64,000 bases of DNA from an uncultured bacterium. GTDB lineage: Bacteria; SAR324; NAC60-12. Made by a program: the position numbers and the translations under genes. This document shows, in pieces, positions 37,066-47,640 of this stretch (its first letter is position 1; the number at the start of each line of letters is the position of its first letter). A model generated the notes under the pieces. That model ran no database searches and was not told where the DNA came from. It saw nothing but the letters and a program-made list of their open reading frames with translations. The DNA lies in NCBI GenBank assembly GCA_965662845.1, contig CBFIJD010000005.1, positions 1-64,000 on the forward strand, read 5' to 3'.

Positions 37066-38967
37066 TTAGAGGCGGTTGCTCATCGCCAGCGGCGCTTCTT
37101 CTGGGACAGGCGACAGCAAAGGAATCAGAGGTGGCAATGTGAGCGATTGCTGTATCGCAATCGGGTCATTTTGAAGCTGAAACTGACGCAGCGTCCGCTG
37201 ATATGCTGTTTGGTCATTCAATTGGCGATAGACGGTGACCAGTCGATCCAAGAAGAGAGTTTGAAAGGCCGACTCGTTCCGCAGCGCGTTCTCCAGCAAA
37301 ACCCGAGCTTTCTCAAATTGACGCGTGACTAAATACGATGAACTCAAAGCCTCCGTCAAATATTCTTGTCGTGGGTGCCGCTCTAAGCCGCGCACCAAGA
37401 CTTCTTGGGCGGGCTGTTCTTGTCCTCGGTAACGATAAATGTCGGCGACTAAGCGATGCGCGAGACCTTGGGATTCTTGCCGCGCTAAGAATGCTTCGGC
37501 GAGCACGAGGGCTTCTTCTGGGCGGTCTAACTGCAACAGGGTCATCGCGTGCAGATATGTGCTCTCCCAGTGGAAGGGAAAATCTTGTGTGAGCTCAGAG
37601 CTGAAGACAGCGGCCTTGGCGTACTGTCGTTGCAGATACAGTACCCTCGCCAGAGAGAACCGGAGCGCAAAAGTCTCTTGCACCACGAGCGCCTGCCGCA
37701 GCAAATTCTCAGCTTGGCCATAGCGTCGCTGTGAAACGAGCACATCGGCCCGCAAGGTCAGCAGATCTACGTTGGTAGGATCCTCCGACTGCAAATCAGC
37801 AACCGCAGCCTCCACGCGCTGGAACTCTCCGCGCATTAACTGACGCCGAGCCTGCAACAAACGATAAGGCAGTGGACGATCATCCAGCTCGAGTGCTTGT
37901 CGTAACGCGAGATCTCCTTGCAAAAAGTCTCGACGCTGAAACAACAAGGAAGCTTGCAGAAAAAACAGGTCGGCGCGGCGGTTATCCAGCTCCAAGCCTT
38001 GCTCTACATACCGCAGCGCTTGGGCGTAATCTCCTCCTTGCAAGCTCAGTTGTGCGAGACCAAGCAGCGCTTCGACGTTGGCGGGCTCACGACGCAGCAG
38101 CTCTTCCAGCACTTGCCGCGCGGCGTTGTTTTGTCCCCGGCCGCTGAGCAACAGCGCATAGATCATCTGATCTTCCGGTTCGAGCCGTCCCATGCGCGCT
38201 AGCTCTTTGATCCGCCCAAGGGCCTCGTCTTCTTGCTGTTGTAAGTAGAAGATTCGGAGCTGCTCTCGCAGTACCTCAACCCACTTGGGGTCTTGCTCTA
38301 AAAGCTGCTGCGCCAAAATTGAGGCTGGATAAAAATTGCTCTGCGCGATGTAGACGCGCAATTTCAGCAGCTGTCCTTCTCGGTTAGACGGCTCGAGCAG
38401 CAAGAGCCTCTCGACCGCCTGTAGCGCGTTTGGATAGTCCTGCTGTTTGAGATGCACACGCGCCAGTTGGAAGTATGCTTCGCTGTAGCGCTCATCTCTT
38501 TGCAGCACATCTTCTAAAGCGACTAGCGCCCGCTCATACTCGCGGATCTGTTCATAGGCTAGCGCGAGTTTGAGATAGAGCGAGATTCGGTCTGCGTCGA
38601 CTTGTAGGGCGGCGTTCCATTCTTTGATGGACTCTGCATAGCGGCCCTGGGCGTAGAGCACGCTGCCTAACAATTCCAAGTATTCAGGGTTGAGCGGCGT
38701 CTCTTGGACCGCGGTGCGCGCCCAGTGTTCGGCGTCGGTGTGCTCTTGCTGGTAGTGCAGCGCTCGCGCGAGTTCAAACGCGGCGTCGGCGTCGCGTTGA
38801 TCTTCGCTCAGGCGCTCCCGCTGCTGTTCTTGAAACTCCACTACATTCGCCCGGTTGAGGGGTTGACGTGGGATTGGGAGTGGAGCGCTGGTGCAGCCGT
38901 GCCAAACCAGACTCAAGCCGAGCAGGGGCGCGGCCCAACGGAGGTTAGGGGACATGTGTGACCACAT
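37066..38967 (-). CDS. TPR-repeat protein (secreted/lipoprotein-like)
   Basis: Signal peptide, then >10 tandem TPR motifs (W-LG-Y-A---A-P patterns throughout). Confidence 0.7.
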   Translation of the reverse strand: MWSHMSPNLRWAAPLLGLSLVWHGCTSAPLPIPRQPLNRANVVEFQEQQRERLSEDQRDADAAFELARALHYQQEHTDAEHWARTAVQETPLNPEYLELLGSVLYAQGRYAESIKEWNAALQVDADRISLYLKLALAYEQIREYERALVALEDVLQRDERYSEAYFQLARVHLKQQDYPNALQAVERLLLLEPSNREGQLLKLRVYIAQSNFYPASILAQQLLEQDPKWVEVLREQLRIFYLQQQEDEALGRIKELARMGRLEPEDQMIYALLLSGRGQNNAARQVLEELLRREPANVEALLGLAQLSLQGGDYAQALRYVEQGLELDNRRADLFFLQASLLFQRRDFLQGDLALRQALELDDRPLPYRLLQARRQLMRGEFQRVEAAVADLQSEDPTNVDLLTLRADVLVSQRRYGQAENLLRQALVVQETFALRFSLARVLYLQRQYAKAAVFSSELTQDFPFHWESTYLHAMTLLQLDRPEEALVLAEAFLARQESQGLAHRLVADIYRYRGQEQPAQEVLVRGLERHPRQEYLTEALSSSYLVTRQFEKARVLLENALRNESAFQTLFLDRLVTVYRQLNDQTAYQRTLRQFQLQNDPIAIQQSLTLPPLIPLLSPVPEEAPLAMSNRL

Positions 38968-39877
38968 TGGAAGGTGGACTCTCGTTACCCTGCTGATCTA
39001 CCCAACGGATGCGATAGTGCGCAGGTTGCGTGCGAGAGTCTGGAAGCAAAACGAAAGTGTTGTTCAATGGTTGGGCAATCAATGGGGTCTCAGGCCAAGT
39101 CTTTCCGTCGGAGCTGCGATAAATGAAGACGCGATACCACTGCTGGTTGTGCTCTAGAAATTGCTCGTTCTGCCAACGAAAAGAGACCTTCTCCGCGACG
39201 GGTTCCCAGCGCAGGCGCAGCAACCGGAGGTCAGAAAAATCCAGAGAGCGCATCCCCTGCGGTAGCACCACAAATGAGGTGGAAGACATCGCTTCAGAGA
39301 GCGTCTCCGTTTGAGCGACTTCGAGACGCAGCTGCGGAGTTTGGGCAAAGCGAACGCGGGGTCCCGCAGGCAAGAGGTCAGAGCGCGAGGGCTCGCCTTG
39401 CGCGGCGTTGACGTGTCGAATGCGATAGAGCCGCACACGCAAGTCGTTCTCCAAGGGGGCGGGCGGATAGAAATACGCCTGATTCCCTTCGATTGTGATG
39501 CGTGGCGAGGGCAGGGGAAGCGTCAGCTCTCTCTCCAGAGTGGCTTTGCACCCTATGCAGACTTCAGGCTGCGTCCACTCTTCAATCACAAAACTCTGCG
39601 CCAGCGGACGGTTCAGCTCGGCTGCCTCTTCGCTGGGAGCCTGCGACGGCGTCGCGTTGTCGGACGGCTCTGGCACTTCGCCGAGGGCTGCTTGCAGTAG
39701 ACTGGCGTCTTTTAGGCGCCACGACAAACGGATGCGGTTGCCAAAATGTTGAGCGCGTGGATTGTCGAAAGTGATGAGCTCCGGTTGTTGGGGCTTCGGA
39801 CTCGGCGCCGTGCGGAACCCACAGCCCACAAGCAGCACCGAACCAAGCAAGGCCCAGACCAGCCAACGACTATTCAT
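38945..39877 (-). CDS. putative lipoprotein, hypothetical
   Basis: 'MNSRWLVWALLGSVLLVGCGF' lipobox-like signal; beta-rich sequence; overlaps the TPR start by 23 nt. Confidence 0.5.
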   Translation of the reverse strand: MNSRWLVWALLGSVLLVGCGFRTAPSPKPQQPELITFDNPRAQHFGNRIRLSWRLKDASLLQAALGEVPEPSDNATPSQAPSEEAAELNRPLAQSFVIEEWTQPEVCIGCKATLERELTLPLPSPRITIEGNQAYFYPPAPLENDLRVRLYRIRHVNAAQGEPSRSDLLPAGPRVRFAQTPQLRLEVAQTETLSEAMSSTSFVVLPQGMRSLDFSDLRLLRLRWEPVAEKVSFRWQNEQFLEHNQQWYRVFIYRSSDGKTWPETPLIAQPLNNTFVLLPDSRTQPAHYRIRWVDQQGNESPPSNVVTHVP

Positions 39878-41054
39878 CAGGGACCGTGTAGCGACGGCGC
39901 ACTGGGGGAATCAAACCCTGCGGACGAAACACCATCATCACGACCATGATTCCGCCAAATGCCAGCATTCGATAGTCAGAGAAGGCGCGCAAATATTCTG
40001 GAACCAACACGATCACAAGCGCCGCTAAAATGACTCCTTGCACTGACCCCATGCCTCCCATCACGACAACGCAGAGAATGATCGCCGACTGCAAAAACGT
40101 AAAGCTGGCAGGGTTGACAAAACTATTCTTGGCCGCAAAAAACACTCCCACAAAGCCGGCCCAGCAGGCGCCTAGCGCAAACGCTTTCAATTTGGTGCGT
40201 GTGGTGTCAATGCCCATCGCTTGGCATGCCAGCTCATCTTCTCGGAGCGCGACCCAAGAGCGCCCTAAACGAGAGTGGTCTAAGCGCCGCACAACAAAGA
40301 CCGTCACCACCGTGAAAGCCAGCATCAAAAAGTAGAGAAAGTTTTGCATCGCGCCAAACTCTAGCTCGACCGGGAGCTGAGGCTTAGGAAGATTCGGAAT
40401 CCCGCGCGGCCCTTCCGTGACAGAGCTCCAGTTCTCCATGACCAACCGGATGATCTCACCGAACCCAAGCGTGACAATCGCGAGATAGTCCCCGCGCAAG
40501 CGTAAGACTGGGATGCCGAGCATAATGCCGAACAGCCCAGCCAAGACGCCCGCAATCGGCAACACCGCCCAGAAACCTAAGCCAAAGTGCAAGTTCAGCA
40601 GCGCATAGCTATAGGCTCCCACCGCGTAGAAGGCGACATATCCTAAGTCCAGCAAGCCAGCGAGCCCCACGACAATGTTGAGCCCTAAGCCCAGCATCAC
40701 GTACATCAGGGCTGTCGTCAAAATCGAGGTCTGATACGGCGACATGACGAAGGGGAACACGCAGAGAGCCACGCCTAGCAACACGAACAGATTGCGGGTC
40801 TGTGCCGGGTTGTTTTGTAACTCCAGCAGCTTGCGTTGCAGGAAGCCCGCTTCAGAGCGAGACGTCTTGCGCTGCTGGAAGTAGTCCCAGAGGAGGGTCC
40901 CTAAGAAGGCGAGCCCGCCGATCCACACCAAGTTGTCCCAGCGCATTTCCAGCACGTCATCTAATGGGTCGACACGGATCACAACAAGCGGAAAGGCGAG
41001 CAACATGAACCAAATGGAAGACGTGACCGCGCGTTGTAGAGCCTCTCGCCACAT
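39870..41054 (-). CDS. livM: branched-chain amino acid ABC transporter permease LivM
   Basis: Typical LivM permease core; overlaps the livH stop. Confidence 0.85.
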   Translation of the reverse strand: MWREALQRAVTSSIWFMLLAFPLVVIRVDPLDDVLEMRWDNLVWIGGLAFLGTLLWDYFQQRKTSRSEAGFLQRKLLELQNNPAQTRNLFVLLGVALCVFPFVMSPYQTSILTTALMYVMLGLGLNIVVGLAGLLDLGYVAFYAVGAYSYALLNLHFGLGFWAVLPIAGVLAGLFGIMLGIPVLRLRGDYLAIVTLGFGEIIRLVMENWSSVTEGPRGIPNLPKPQLPVELEFGAMQNFLYFLMLAFTVVTVFVVRRLDHSRLGRSWVALREDELACQAMGIDTTRTKLKAFALGACWAGFVGVFFAAKNSFVNPASFTFLQSAIILCVVVMGGMGSVQGVILAALVIVLVPEYLRAFSDYRMLAFGGIMVVMMVFRPQGLIPPVRRRYTVPDE

Positions 41055-41965
41055 CAGACTTTCTCCGCGACAGACTTCCCAAGGATGCCCTCAGGTTTGA
41101 AAATGAGAATCAAAACCAGCAGCGCGAACGCGCACACGTCCTCATAGTCGCTGGAGAGATAACCCGCTGCGAAACTCTCTGTGCATCCCAGAATGAAACC
41201 TCCGAGAGCCGCGCCTGGGACGCTGCCGATGCCGCCCAAGACAGCCGCCGTGAAAGCCTTGATGCCGGCGACAAACCCAATGTAGAAGTTGATTTGTCCC
41301 ATGTGCGAAGCAATCAAAACGCCTCCCACAGCGGCGAAGGCCGAACCAATGACAAAGGTCGCAGAGATGGTGCGGTTCACGTTGACGCCGAGCAGCAGCG
41401 CCATCTTCTGGTCTTGCGCGATAGCCCGCATCGCTTTGCCCACCTTCGTGAACTGAATCACGCCAAACAGAATCAGCATGGACAAGACGGCCGCGATCAG
41501 GATCACGAACTCGGAAGTGCGGAGGATGTAATAGTATGGATCAAGGAACTCTAGGTCGCGCACCAGCTGGGGATAGGCCACAAACTCCGAGCCTTGGGAG
41601 AGCAAAACAAAATTCTGCAGGAAGATCGACATGCCAATCGCGCTAATCAAGACCGACAAGCGCGGTGACCCACGCAAAGGGGTGTAGGCGATTTTTTCAA
41701 GCGTGAAACCATACGCGCTGGCATACACGACGGCGCCGGCTAAGGTGCAAAAGAGAATCGCGACCTCGGAGAGTCCCGTCAGCATGGTGAGGACTCCAGA
41801 GATGATGAGGCCCATAAAAGCCCCGATCATGTAGATCTCGCCATGTGCAAAGTTGATGAGGCCGATAACGCCATACACCATCGTGTACCCCAGCGCGATC
41901 AGCGCGTAGATGCTGCCACGCGTCAACCCGCCAAAGAACAGCTCCAGTATGTATTCAAAGTCCAT
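41054..41965 (-). CDS. livH: branched-chain amino acid ABC transporter permease LivH
   Basis: 303-aa LivH-family permease. Confidence 0.85.
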   Translation of the reverse strand: MDFEYILELFFGGLTRGSIYALIALGYTMVYGVIGLINFAHGEIYMIGAFMGLIISGVLTMLTGLSEVAILFCTLAGAVVYASAYGFTLEKIAYTPLRGSPRLSVLISAIGMSIFLQNFVLLSQGSEFVAYPQLVRDLEFLDPYYYILRTSEFVILIAAVLSMLILFGVIQFTKVGKAMRAIAQDQKMALLLGVNVNRTISATFVIGSAFAAVGGVLIASHMGQINFYIGFVAGIKAFTAAVLGGIGSVPGAALGGFILGCTESFAAGYLSSDYEDVCAFALLVLILIFKPEGILGKSVAEKV

Positions 41966-42065
41966 GAAATTTCTTGGGGGGAGTGACCAAAGAAGGTGGG
42001 GGTGTGTGGAATCGCAAACAAGTTCCTGTGCCCGCTAAATGAGGAGCACAGGAGTCAAGGAGGGC

Positions 42066-43214
42066 TCAGTACGCCGGCACGAAGTTGATGCCGTTGGGAG
42101 TCGGACGTACTTGGAACATCGCGAAGCCTGCGCCGACGACGTCGCCGTTCTCATCAAAACCAATTTGCCCCAGAGAGCTTTCAATCTGCACTTGCTTCAT
42201 CGCCGCCGCCACCTGATTGAAGTCGGTGCCGCCAGCTTGCTTGATCGCTTCGGCCAGCGCTTGCACCGCTGCGTAAGCTTGCAGACTGAAGGTGCCGGGA
42301 TCGTTCCCGTAAAGCTCACGATAGTCTGCCGTCACAGACTGCGCCTTGGGCACCTTCGAGACGTCAACGGGAGCAGAGACATAAAACTCTAGCGCGTACT
42401 TGTCAGCGATCTTCAAGAAAGAAGGATCCTTCACGCCGTCACCAGAGATGAAGTACGCATTGTTGCGCCCTTTGCGCGCTTCAGTGACGATTTTGGAAGC
42501 CTCTGGGTGATAACCACCGAAGAAGACCGCCGTCCCGTCGGCGCTGTTGATGTCTTCGCGTCGCAGCTTGCTCACCAACGCGGAGTAGCTCACGGCGCCG
42601 GGAGTGACTCCTTCAAACAGCGCGACTTGGACATCGTTGGCTTCTAACCCAGCTTTGACCAACTCGGCGAGTCCTTTGCCATAAGTGCCCTTGTCATGGA
42701 TCACGGCGGCGCGCTTGATCTCCAGAGCTTTCACAGCGAAGTCCACTTGCAGTGTCGCTTGAGCAGCGTCGTGGGCAATCGTGCGGAAGAAGTTTGGATA
42801 TTTGCTGTCTAAGGTCAAAGTCGGGTTGGTCGAAGCCGCAGAGATCACAGGGATCTGAGCGTTCAGGTAGGTCGGGAGCGCCGCCTCGGTCGCGCCGCTG
42901 CAGAGGTGCCCGATCACGCCGACAACACCCTCAGAGACCATCTTCTGAGCGACGTTGGCTGCGGTGTTAGGCTCACAGACGTCATCCTCAGCGACTGCTT
43001 CGAGCTGCATCCCCATCACGCCACCGGCGGCGTTGATGTCTCGGATCGCAAGCTCTGCTCCGTTGCGAGCGGGGATTCCGTAAGACGCGAGGTCTCCGCT
43101 GAACGGAGCTGCGATGCCAATCTTAATGGTATCCGCCCAGCTTGTGCTTGCCGCTGCTAACAAAAGTCCCACGGACAACAACACACCAGCCAGACGACGA
43201 ATTGTGAATTTCAT
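42066..43214 (-). CDS. livJ: branched-chain amino acid ABC transporter substrate-binding protein (LivJ/K family)
   Basis: Signal peptide plus type-I periplasmic binding fold ('IKIGIAAPFSGDLASYG'). Confidence 0.85.
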   Translation of the reverse strand: MKFTIRRLAGVLLSVGLLLAAASTSWADTIKIGIAAPFSGDLASYGIPARNGAELAIRDINAAGGVMGMQLEAVAEDDVCEPNTAANVAQKMVSEGVVGVIGHLCSGATEAALPTYLNAQIPVISAASTNPTLTLDSKYPNFFRTIAHDAAQATLQVDFAVKALEIKRAAVIHDKGTYGKGLAELVKAGLEANDVQVALFEGVTPGAVSYSALVSKLRREDINSADGTAVFFGGYHPEASKIVTEARKGRNNAYFISGDGVKDPSFLKIADKYALEFYVSAPVDVSKVPKAQSVTADYRELYGNDPGTFSLQAYAAVQALAEAIKQAGGTDFNQVAAAMKQVQIESSLGQIGFDENGDVVGAGFAMFQVRPTPNGINFVPAY

Positions 43215-43374
43215 TCTTCCTCCTGAGCATTATGAGAGGGCGTAGGGGCTACACCGCATGAGATTGCATCGTTGAGCACTTTTTGTGTGCCCCGCTGCGA
43301 AAAGAAAAAGCCTCCCTAATTGATCCCTAAAATACAAGGCAAAGTTAGGCTTTAGTTAGCCTTGTGACCGTGAA

Positions 43375-44352
43375 TCAGTCATATCGTTGCATTTGGTAAT
43401 AATCACTGCGCGCGGCCGTTTGGATGCTGATCTCGCGCAGTTCATGACCTTGCAACACGGTCAGCGGGATGATGACGCCAGCGTCGCCCTGTCGCCACAT
43501 AGTGCGGAAGAGGGATTCTAAGTCCACGACGGGTTCATCATTAACGCGCAAAATGAGGTCTCCAGCATTCAGCCCCGCCGCTTCAGCTGGGCTCGGAGAG
43601 CTGACACGCTCAATCAGAACGCGGCCAAATTGTTCCATGACCGTGACGCCGATCCATGGCTTGGCGGGGCGCTGCATTTGCCCCTGCTTTAGCTCGGCTA
43701 AGATCGGCAGCAAGGCTTGTGCGGGAACAAACATATTGGCCGGCACATTCAAATCGCGCACGCGCTGGCGCACAAACAAGGAACCAATTCCCAGCAGCTC
43801 GTCTTGCTCGTTGAACAACCCCGCTCCAGCAAACCCTGAGACGGGCGGCGTAGTGAAGATCGCGTCTTCCAGCAAATACTCCCAGTAGCCCGCGAAGGTG
43901 CCCCGCGAGAGCACGACGACTTCTTGCTGAATCGAGTCCTCCTCACGGGTCACAACTTGGAGGCGGTCGCGCCGCTGGACCTCTTCGGAATCCCCGAACG
44001 CCACCGGCTCTGCGACGAGCGGAGTGAGCGCCTGCAACAGGCCAAACCCCGTCTCGCTGTCATAGCCCACAAAGGTTGCGGGGACGGCGTTGCCGTTTAC
44101 GTCAATGATGGAAGCAGACTGGGCCTCTAAAATCAGGTAGCCGATCGTGAGGACGTGACCTTCGTTGTCAATCACGACCCCGGCCCCTTCACGGCTAGCC
44201 CCCAGCGAATCGGCGGTGCGCGCGTTGGGAGCAATCTGAGATTCGATGCGCACAATGGCGTTAAGTGGCGTCGCTGAGAGGGGGGCAGAACCGAAAAACC
44301 AGACAGCCAGCAGAATGAACCCGAAGCGAACTACACATTTAGAAGAAAGCAT
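43375..44352 (-). CDS. S1C-family trypsin-like serine protease with PDZ domain (HtrA/DegP-like)
   Basis: Signal/TM, trypsin fold ('GAGLFNEQDELLGIGS' Ser region) and C-terminal PDZ ('GLNAGDLILRVNDEPV'); start at MLSSKC. Confidence 0.75.
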   Translation of the reverse strand: MLSSKCVVRFGFILLAVWFFGSAPLSATPLNAIVRIESQIAPNARTADSLGASREGAGVVIDNEGHVLTIGYLILEAQSASIIDVNGNAVPATFVGYDSETGFGLLQALTPLVAEPVAFGDSEEVQRRDRLQVVTREEDSIQQEVVVLSRGTFAGYWEYLLEDAIFTTPPVSGFAGAGLFNEQDELLGIGSLFVRQRVRDLNVPANMFVPAQALLPILAELKQGQMQRPAKPWIGVTVMEQFGRVLIERVSSPSPAEAAGLNAGDLILRVNDEPVVDLESLFRTMWRQGDAGVIIPLTVLQGHELREISIQTAARSDYYQMQRYD

Positions 44353-44895
44353 GAGGTCTCCTAAGAGAAGAAGGATGCGCGTTGAAATTGCTGGAGGGCA
44401 ACAGTGGGAGCGAGCACAACATTCTGTGTGAAAAACGCGTGGAGAACAAGCATCACGAGGCGACAAGGCAGAGGCGCCGTACAACAAGTGTTTGACAGAG
44501 CACGAGGTTCGCGAGAGGCTTCTGCCCTCATCTATCTGTGATGGGACACTGACCGCGTGAGGTCTTTCAGCAGAACACCTGTCGTCAGGGACGCGACTTC
44601 AGAAGGTCGTGCTGGAATCGTGCGGCTCGTCCCGCAAATCTGTTCGTCTCAAAACCAACCTTTCTGCGGAGTCCCTTCTGGGAAGGCAGACTCTCCTACT
44701 CGATGCGTGGGCTTGTTCAAAATAAAGCGCGAGGGGGCGCTTCTGGGGACGAGGCCGCACCACGAGGATGGTGACAAAAACGTGAAAATTCCACCCAATC
44801 GTTTACAGTGCGAGATCCAGCAAACGCGGGTTCTCACAACAAGTGGGGCGGGACACGAACCCAATCTGCTGACCAAACTGTAAGGAATTCAGAAA

Positions 44896-45645
44896 ATGAG
44901 GAAAACAACACTGATCGCTCTCCTGTTGCTAGGGCTGCCCTTGCTGACGGTAGCCCAAAGCCTCCCACCGCTGGCGGTTGCGGTCATTGAAGTCGGCAAA
45001 CCCAGTGGTTACCGTGAAAATGGCCAGCCTATGGGAATGTATTATGACCTCTCTCAGCTAATTTTTGATGAGCTGGGAGAACCGTACCAACTGGACATGG
45101 TCCCCTACCGGCGCATGATTTTGGGGCTCGACAACGGCGAGTTCAGCTGCGCGATGTTCTTTACGTCTCCTCAACGCAAGCAGCTCTATACGCAAGTGGG
45201 AAAAATCATGACCAAAGAGACGATCCTTGTCCCACGCAAAGGTCTGGCCGTCCCTAACGTAGAGGCGCTTGAGGGAAAGACCGTGGGCTACATTCGCGGC
45301 AGCAATGTCGGAGCCTTGTTCGGTTCGTTAGAGAGCAACGAAAACGTCCGCAAATTTAGTATGGATAGCTATGAGATGGGTACGCGCATGCTCCAAGCAG
45401 GTCGCCTAGACGGTGTCGTCGGGGGGCGTGAGACCATCGAAAAATATTACGATCACGGCGGCAATTTTCTGCGACTCTCGGCGAAAGAAACGTGGTTGCA
45501 GTGCTCCAAGCAATCAGCCGCGTTGACGGCAGAGCGGCTCCACAAACTGAAGCAAACGCTAGCGCGCTTGCACGACCCCGTGCCCGAACAAGATCCGAAG
45601 GTGCAAGTCATCCAGCAGTACATGCCGAACTATCAGCGCTATTGA
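44896..45645 (+). CDS. periplasmic substrate-binding protein, family 3 (amino-acid-binding type), partner of the downstream sensor kinase
   Basis: Signal peptide and SBP_bac_3-like sequence. Confidence 0.7.
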   Translation: MRKTTLIALLLLGLPLLTVAQSLPPLAVAVIEVGKPSGYRENGQPMGMYYDLSQLIFDELGEPYQLDMVPYRRMILGLDNGEFSCAMFFTSPQRKQLYTQVGKIMTKETILVPRKGLAVPNVEALEGKTVGYIRGSNVGALFGSLESNENVRKFSMDSYEMGTRMLQAGRLDGVVGGRETIEKYYDHGGNFLRLSAKETWLQCSKQSAALTAERLHKLKQTLARLHDPVPEQDPKVQVIQQYMPNYQRY

Positions 45646-45668
45646 AGATTGCTGCGATCAGGCGCCAA

Positions 45669-46358
45669 ATGTCACGCACTACCCAGACCTCTCACCCCTC
45701 TTCCAAGACGCTAAACTCTGTCGGTGGATTGCTGCTGCGCACCATTCTGCTGGCCTACGCTCTCTTTGCGCTCCTGCTGACCTCGCTTCAACTCTATGAC
45801 GGGTATGAGACGTTGCGGGAGAGCGCTGCAGCGGAGCTGCGTCGTGTGGAAGTCACGTTCTATCCGGGCCTGCAAAACGCGATCTGGCAGCTGGATCCGG
45901 AGCAGATTGTGGCGAGCGTTGAGGGAATGTTGCGGTTTCCCTCGGTGGTGGGAGTGGCCGTGCAGGCCCCAGGCGGAGAAGCCTTGATTCGTCGAGGCGT
46001 CATCAACGCTGCGCTTGCGCAGAGCCCACTGAGCAGCATTTTGGGGAACGTCGCGCAGACGACAGCTCAGTTTCAGCAGGAGATGACCGTTCATCAGTTC
46101 ACGCTCACAGACTTGTATGACCCAGAGCGCGCGATCGCTGAAGTCTATTTGTTCACGTCTCACGATGTCGTGATGGAGGCGTTTCAGCGTGATCTCGCCG
46201 GAACCTTGCTGGTGGCGATCGTGCAAACCTTAATTTTGAGCGCGCTGTTTGCTTTTTTCATCCGTCGTTTGTTGGTGAAACCACTCCACCAGCTGCATCA
46301 ACGAGCAGAGTTCCTCAGTCGCTGCTCGTCTCAGGAACTCTCTAGCGTGGGCCCCTAG
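45669..46358 (+). pseudogene. sensor histidine kinase, N-terminal sensor/TM portion (frame-interrupted relative to the kinase core)
   Basis: Two TM segments flanking a periplasmic domain; stops 8 nt before the kinase-core ORF, which is in a different frame. Confidence 0.5.
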
Positions 46359-46366
46359 CGCAACAG

Positions 46367-47251
46367 GTGGCCTGTGACTCTCGGGAGCTCTGCGCGCTGC
46401 GCGATTCGCTAGATGAACTGCGTCAAGCACGCCTTGCTGACGAGCGCCAAAAAAGCGAGCTGCAGTCCACCAACACCGAGCTGCGCCAGACCCAGCAGCA
46501 GCTGGTGCAGTCCACCAAAATGGCCGCGATGGGCGAAATGCTCGCGATGATTGCCCACCAGTGGCGCCAGCCGTTGGGGACCATCGCGGCGATTGTCGGT
46601 AACCTGTCCATCAAGACGAAGCTCAAAACAACTGACGCCGATCACACCTTGGCAGAGCTGCAAAAGATCACAACCCAGACCACCTTCTTGTCGACCACCA
46701 TCAGCGACTTTCGCGACTTTTTTCAGCCGGATAAAGAACGCTCGGTCGTGCAATTGACAGACTTGTGGCGGCAAACGTCTCGGCTCACAGAGAACTCGCT
46801 GCGCTCGCACGGCGTCACCGTAATCGAAGAGTTAGAGGACGTACCGCCTCTCGCACTCTATGCCAATGAACTGCAACAAGTGCTGCTGAATTTGATCAAG
46901 AATGCGCAGGACGCGTTGGATGAGCGCGCCATTGCCAACAAACAGGTCCTGATTCGCGTGAGCGCGACTTCCGCCGCCCAGCGCATCTCTGTGCAAGACA
47001 ACGCCGGTGGTATCCCCGAAGACATCCTGAGCCGCATCTTTGAACCGTATTTCTCGACCAAAGGGAAACTTAACGGGACCGGACTCGGGCTTTACATGAG
47101 CAAGATGATTGTGGAAGAACATTTGGAGGGGACCTTGTCGGTACAAAATCTGCGCGAGGGAGCCTGCTTTACCATTGAACTCCCCTGCGCTGAAGTGGAG
47201 GCCGCCCCCCGAACGGAGACCTCGGAACGCAGAGCTGTGAAACCAACCTAA
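46367..47251 (+). CDS. histidine kinase core (HisKA + HATPase_c), probably the C-terminal part of a frameshifted/split sensor kinase
   Basis: H-box 'MIAHQWRQPLGTI', N/G1/G2 boxes ('LIKNAQDAL', 'DNAGGIPED', 'GTGLGLYMS'); GTG start. Confidence 0.8.
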   Translation: MACDSRELCALRDSLDELRQARLADERQKSELQSTNTELRQTQQQLVQSTKMAAMGEMLAMIAHQWRQPLGTIAAIVGNLSIKTKLKTTDADHTLAELQKITTQTTFLSTTISDFRDFFQPDKERSVVQLTDLWRQTSRLTENSLRSHGVTVIEELEDVPPLALYANELQQVLLNLIKNAQDALDERAIANKQVLIRVSATSAAQRISVQDNAGGIPEDILSRIFEPYFSTKGKLNGTGLGLYMSKMIVEEHLEGTLSVQNLREGACFTIELPCAEVEAAPRTETSERRAVKPT

Positions 47252-47271
47252 ACGACAAAAGAGAGAGCAAC

Positions 47272-47640
47272 ATGACGGCACGCAACGTACTGGGCGATAA
47301 ACTGCAAACCTGTAGCCTAGAACCGCTCACAGGCTTCTACCGCAACGGCTGCTGCGAAACCGGAGAAGACGACCGCGGGCGACACGTCGTCTGCGCCAAA
47401 ATGACAGACGAATTTCTGGAGTTCACCCGCTCGCGCGGCAATGACTTGAGCTCGCCCAACCCAATGTTTGGCTTCCCCGGGCTCCAAGCCGGCGATGGCT
47501 GGTGCTTGTGTGCGTTGCGCTGGAAAGAAGCGCTGGAGGCCGGCGTGGCGCCACCCGTCAATTTGAGAGCTACCCACGAAGCCGTGCTGAAATACGTCAC
47601 CTTAGACGATTTGGAACAACACGCCGTACCCGATGCCTAA
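47272..47640 (+). CDS. DUF2237-family protein
   Basis: 122 aa, 'FYRNGCCETGEDDRGRHVVCA...GDGWCLCALRW' is characteristic of DUF2237. Confidence 0.7.
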   Translation: MTARNVLGDKLQTCSLEPLTGFYRNGCCETGEDDRGRHVVCAKMTDEFLEFTRSRGNDLSSPNPMFGFPGLQAGDGWCLCALRWKEALEAGVAPPVNLRATHEAVLKYVTLDDLEQHAVPDA

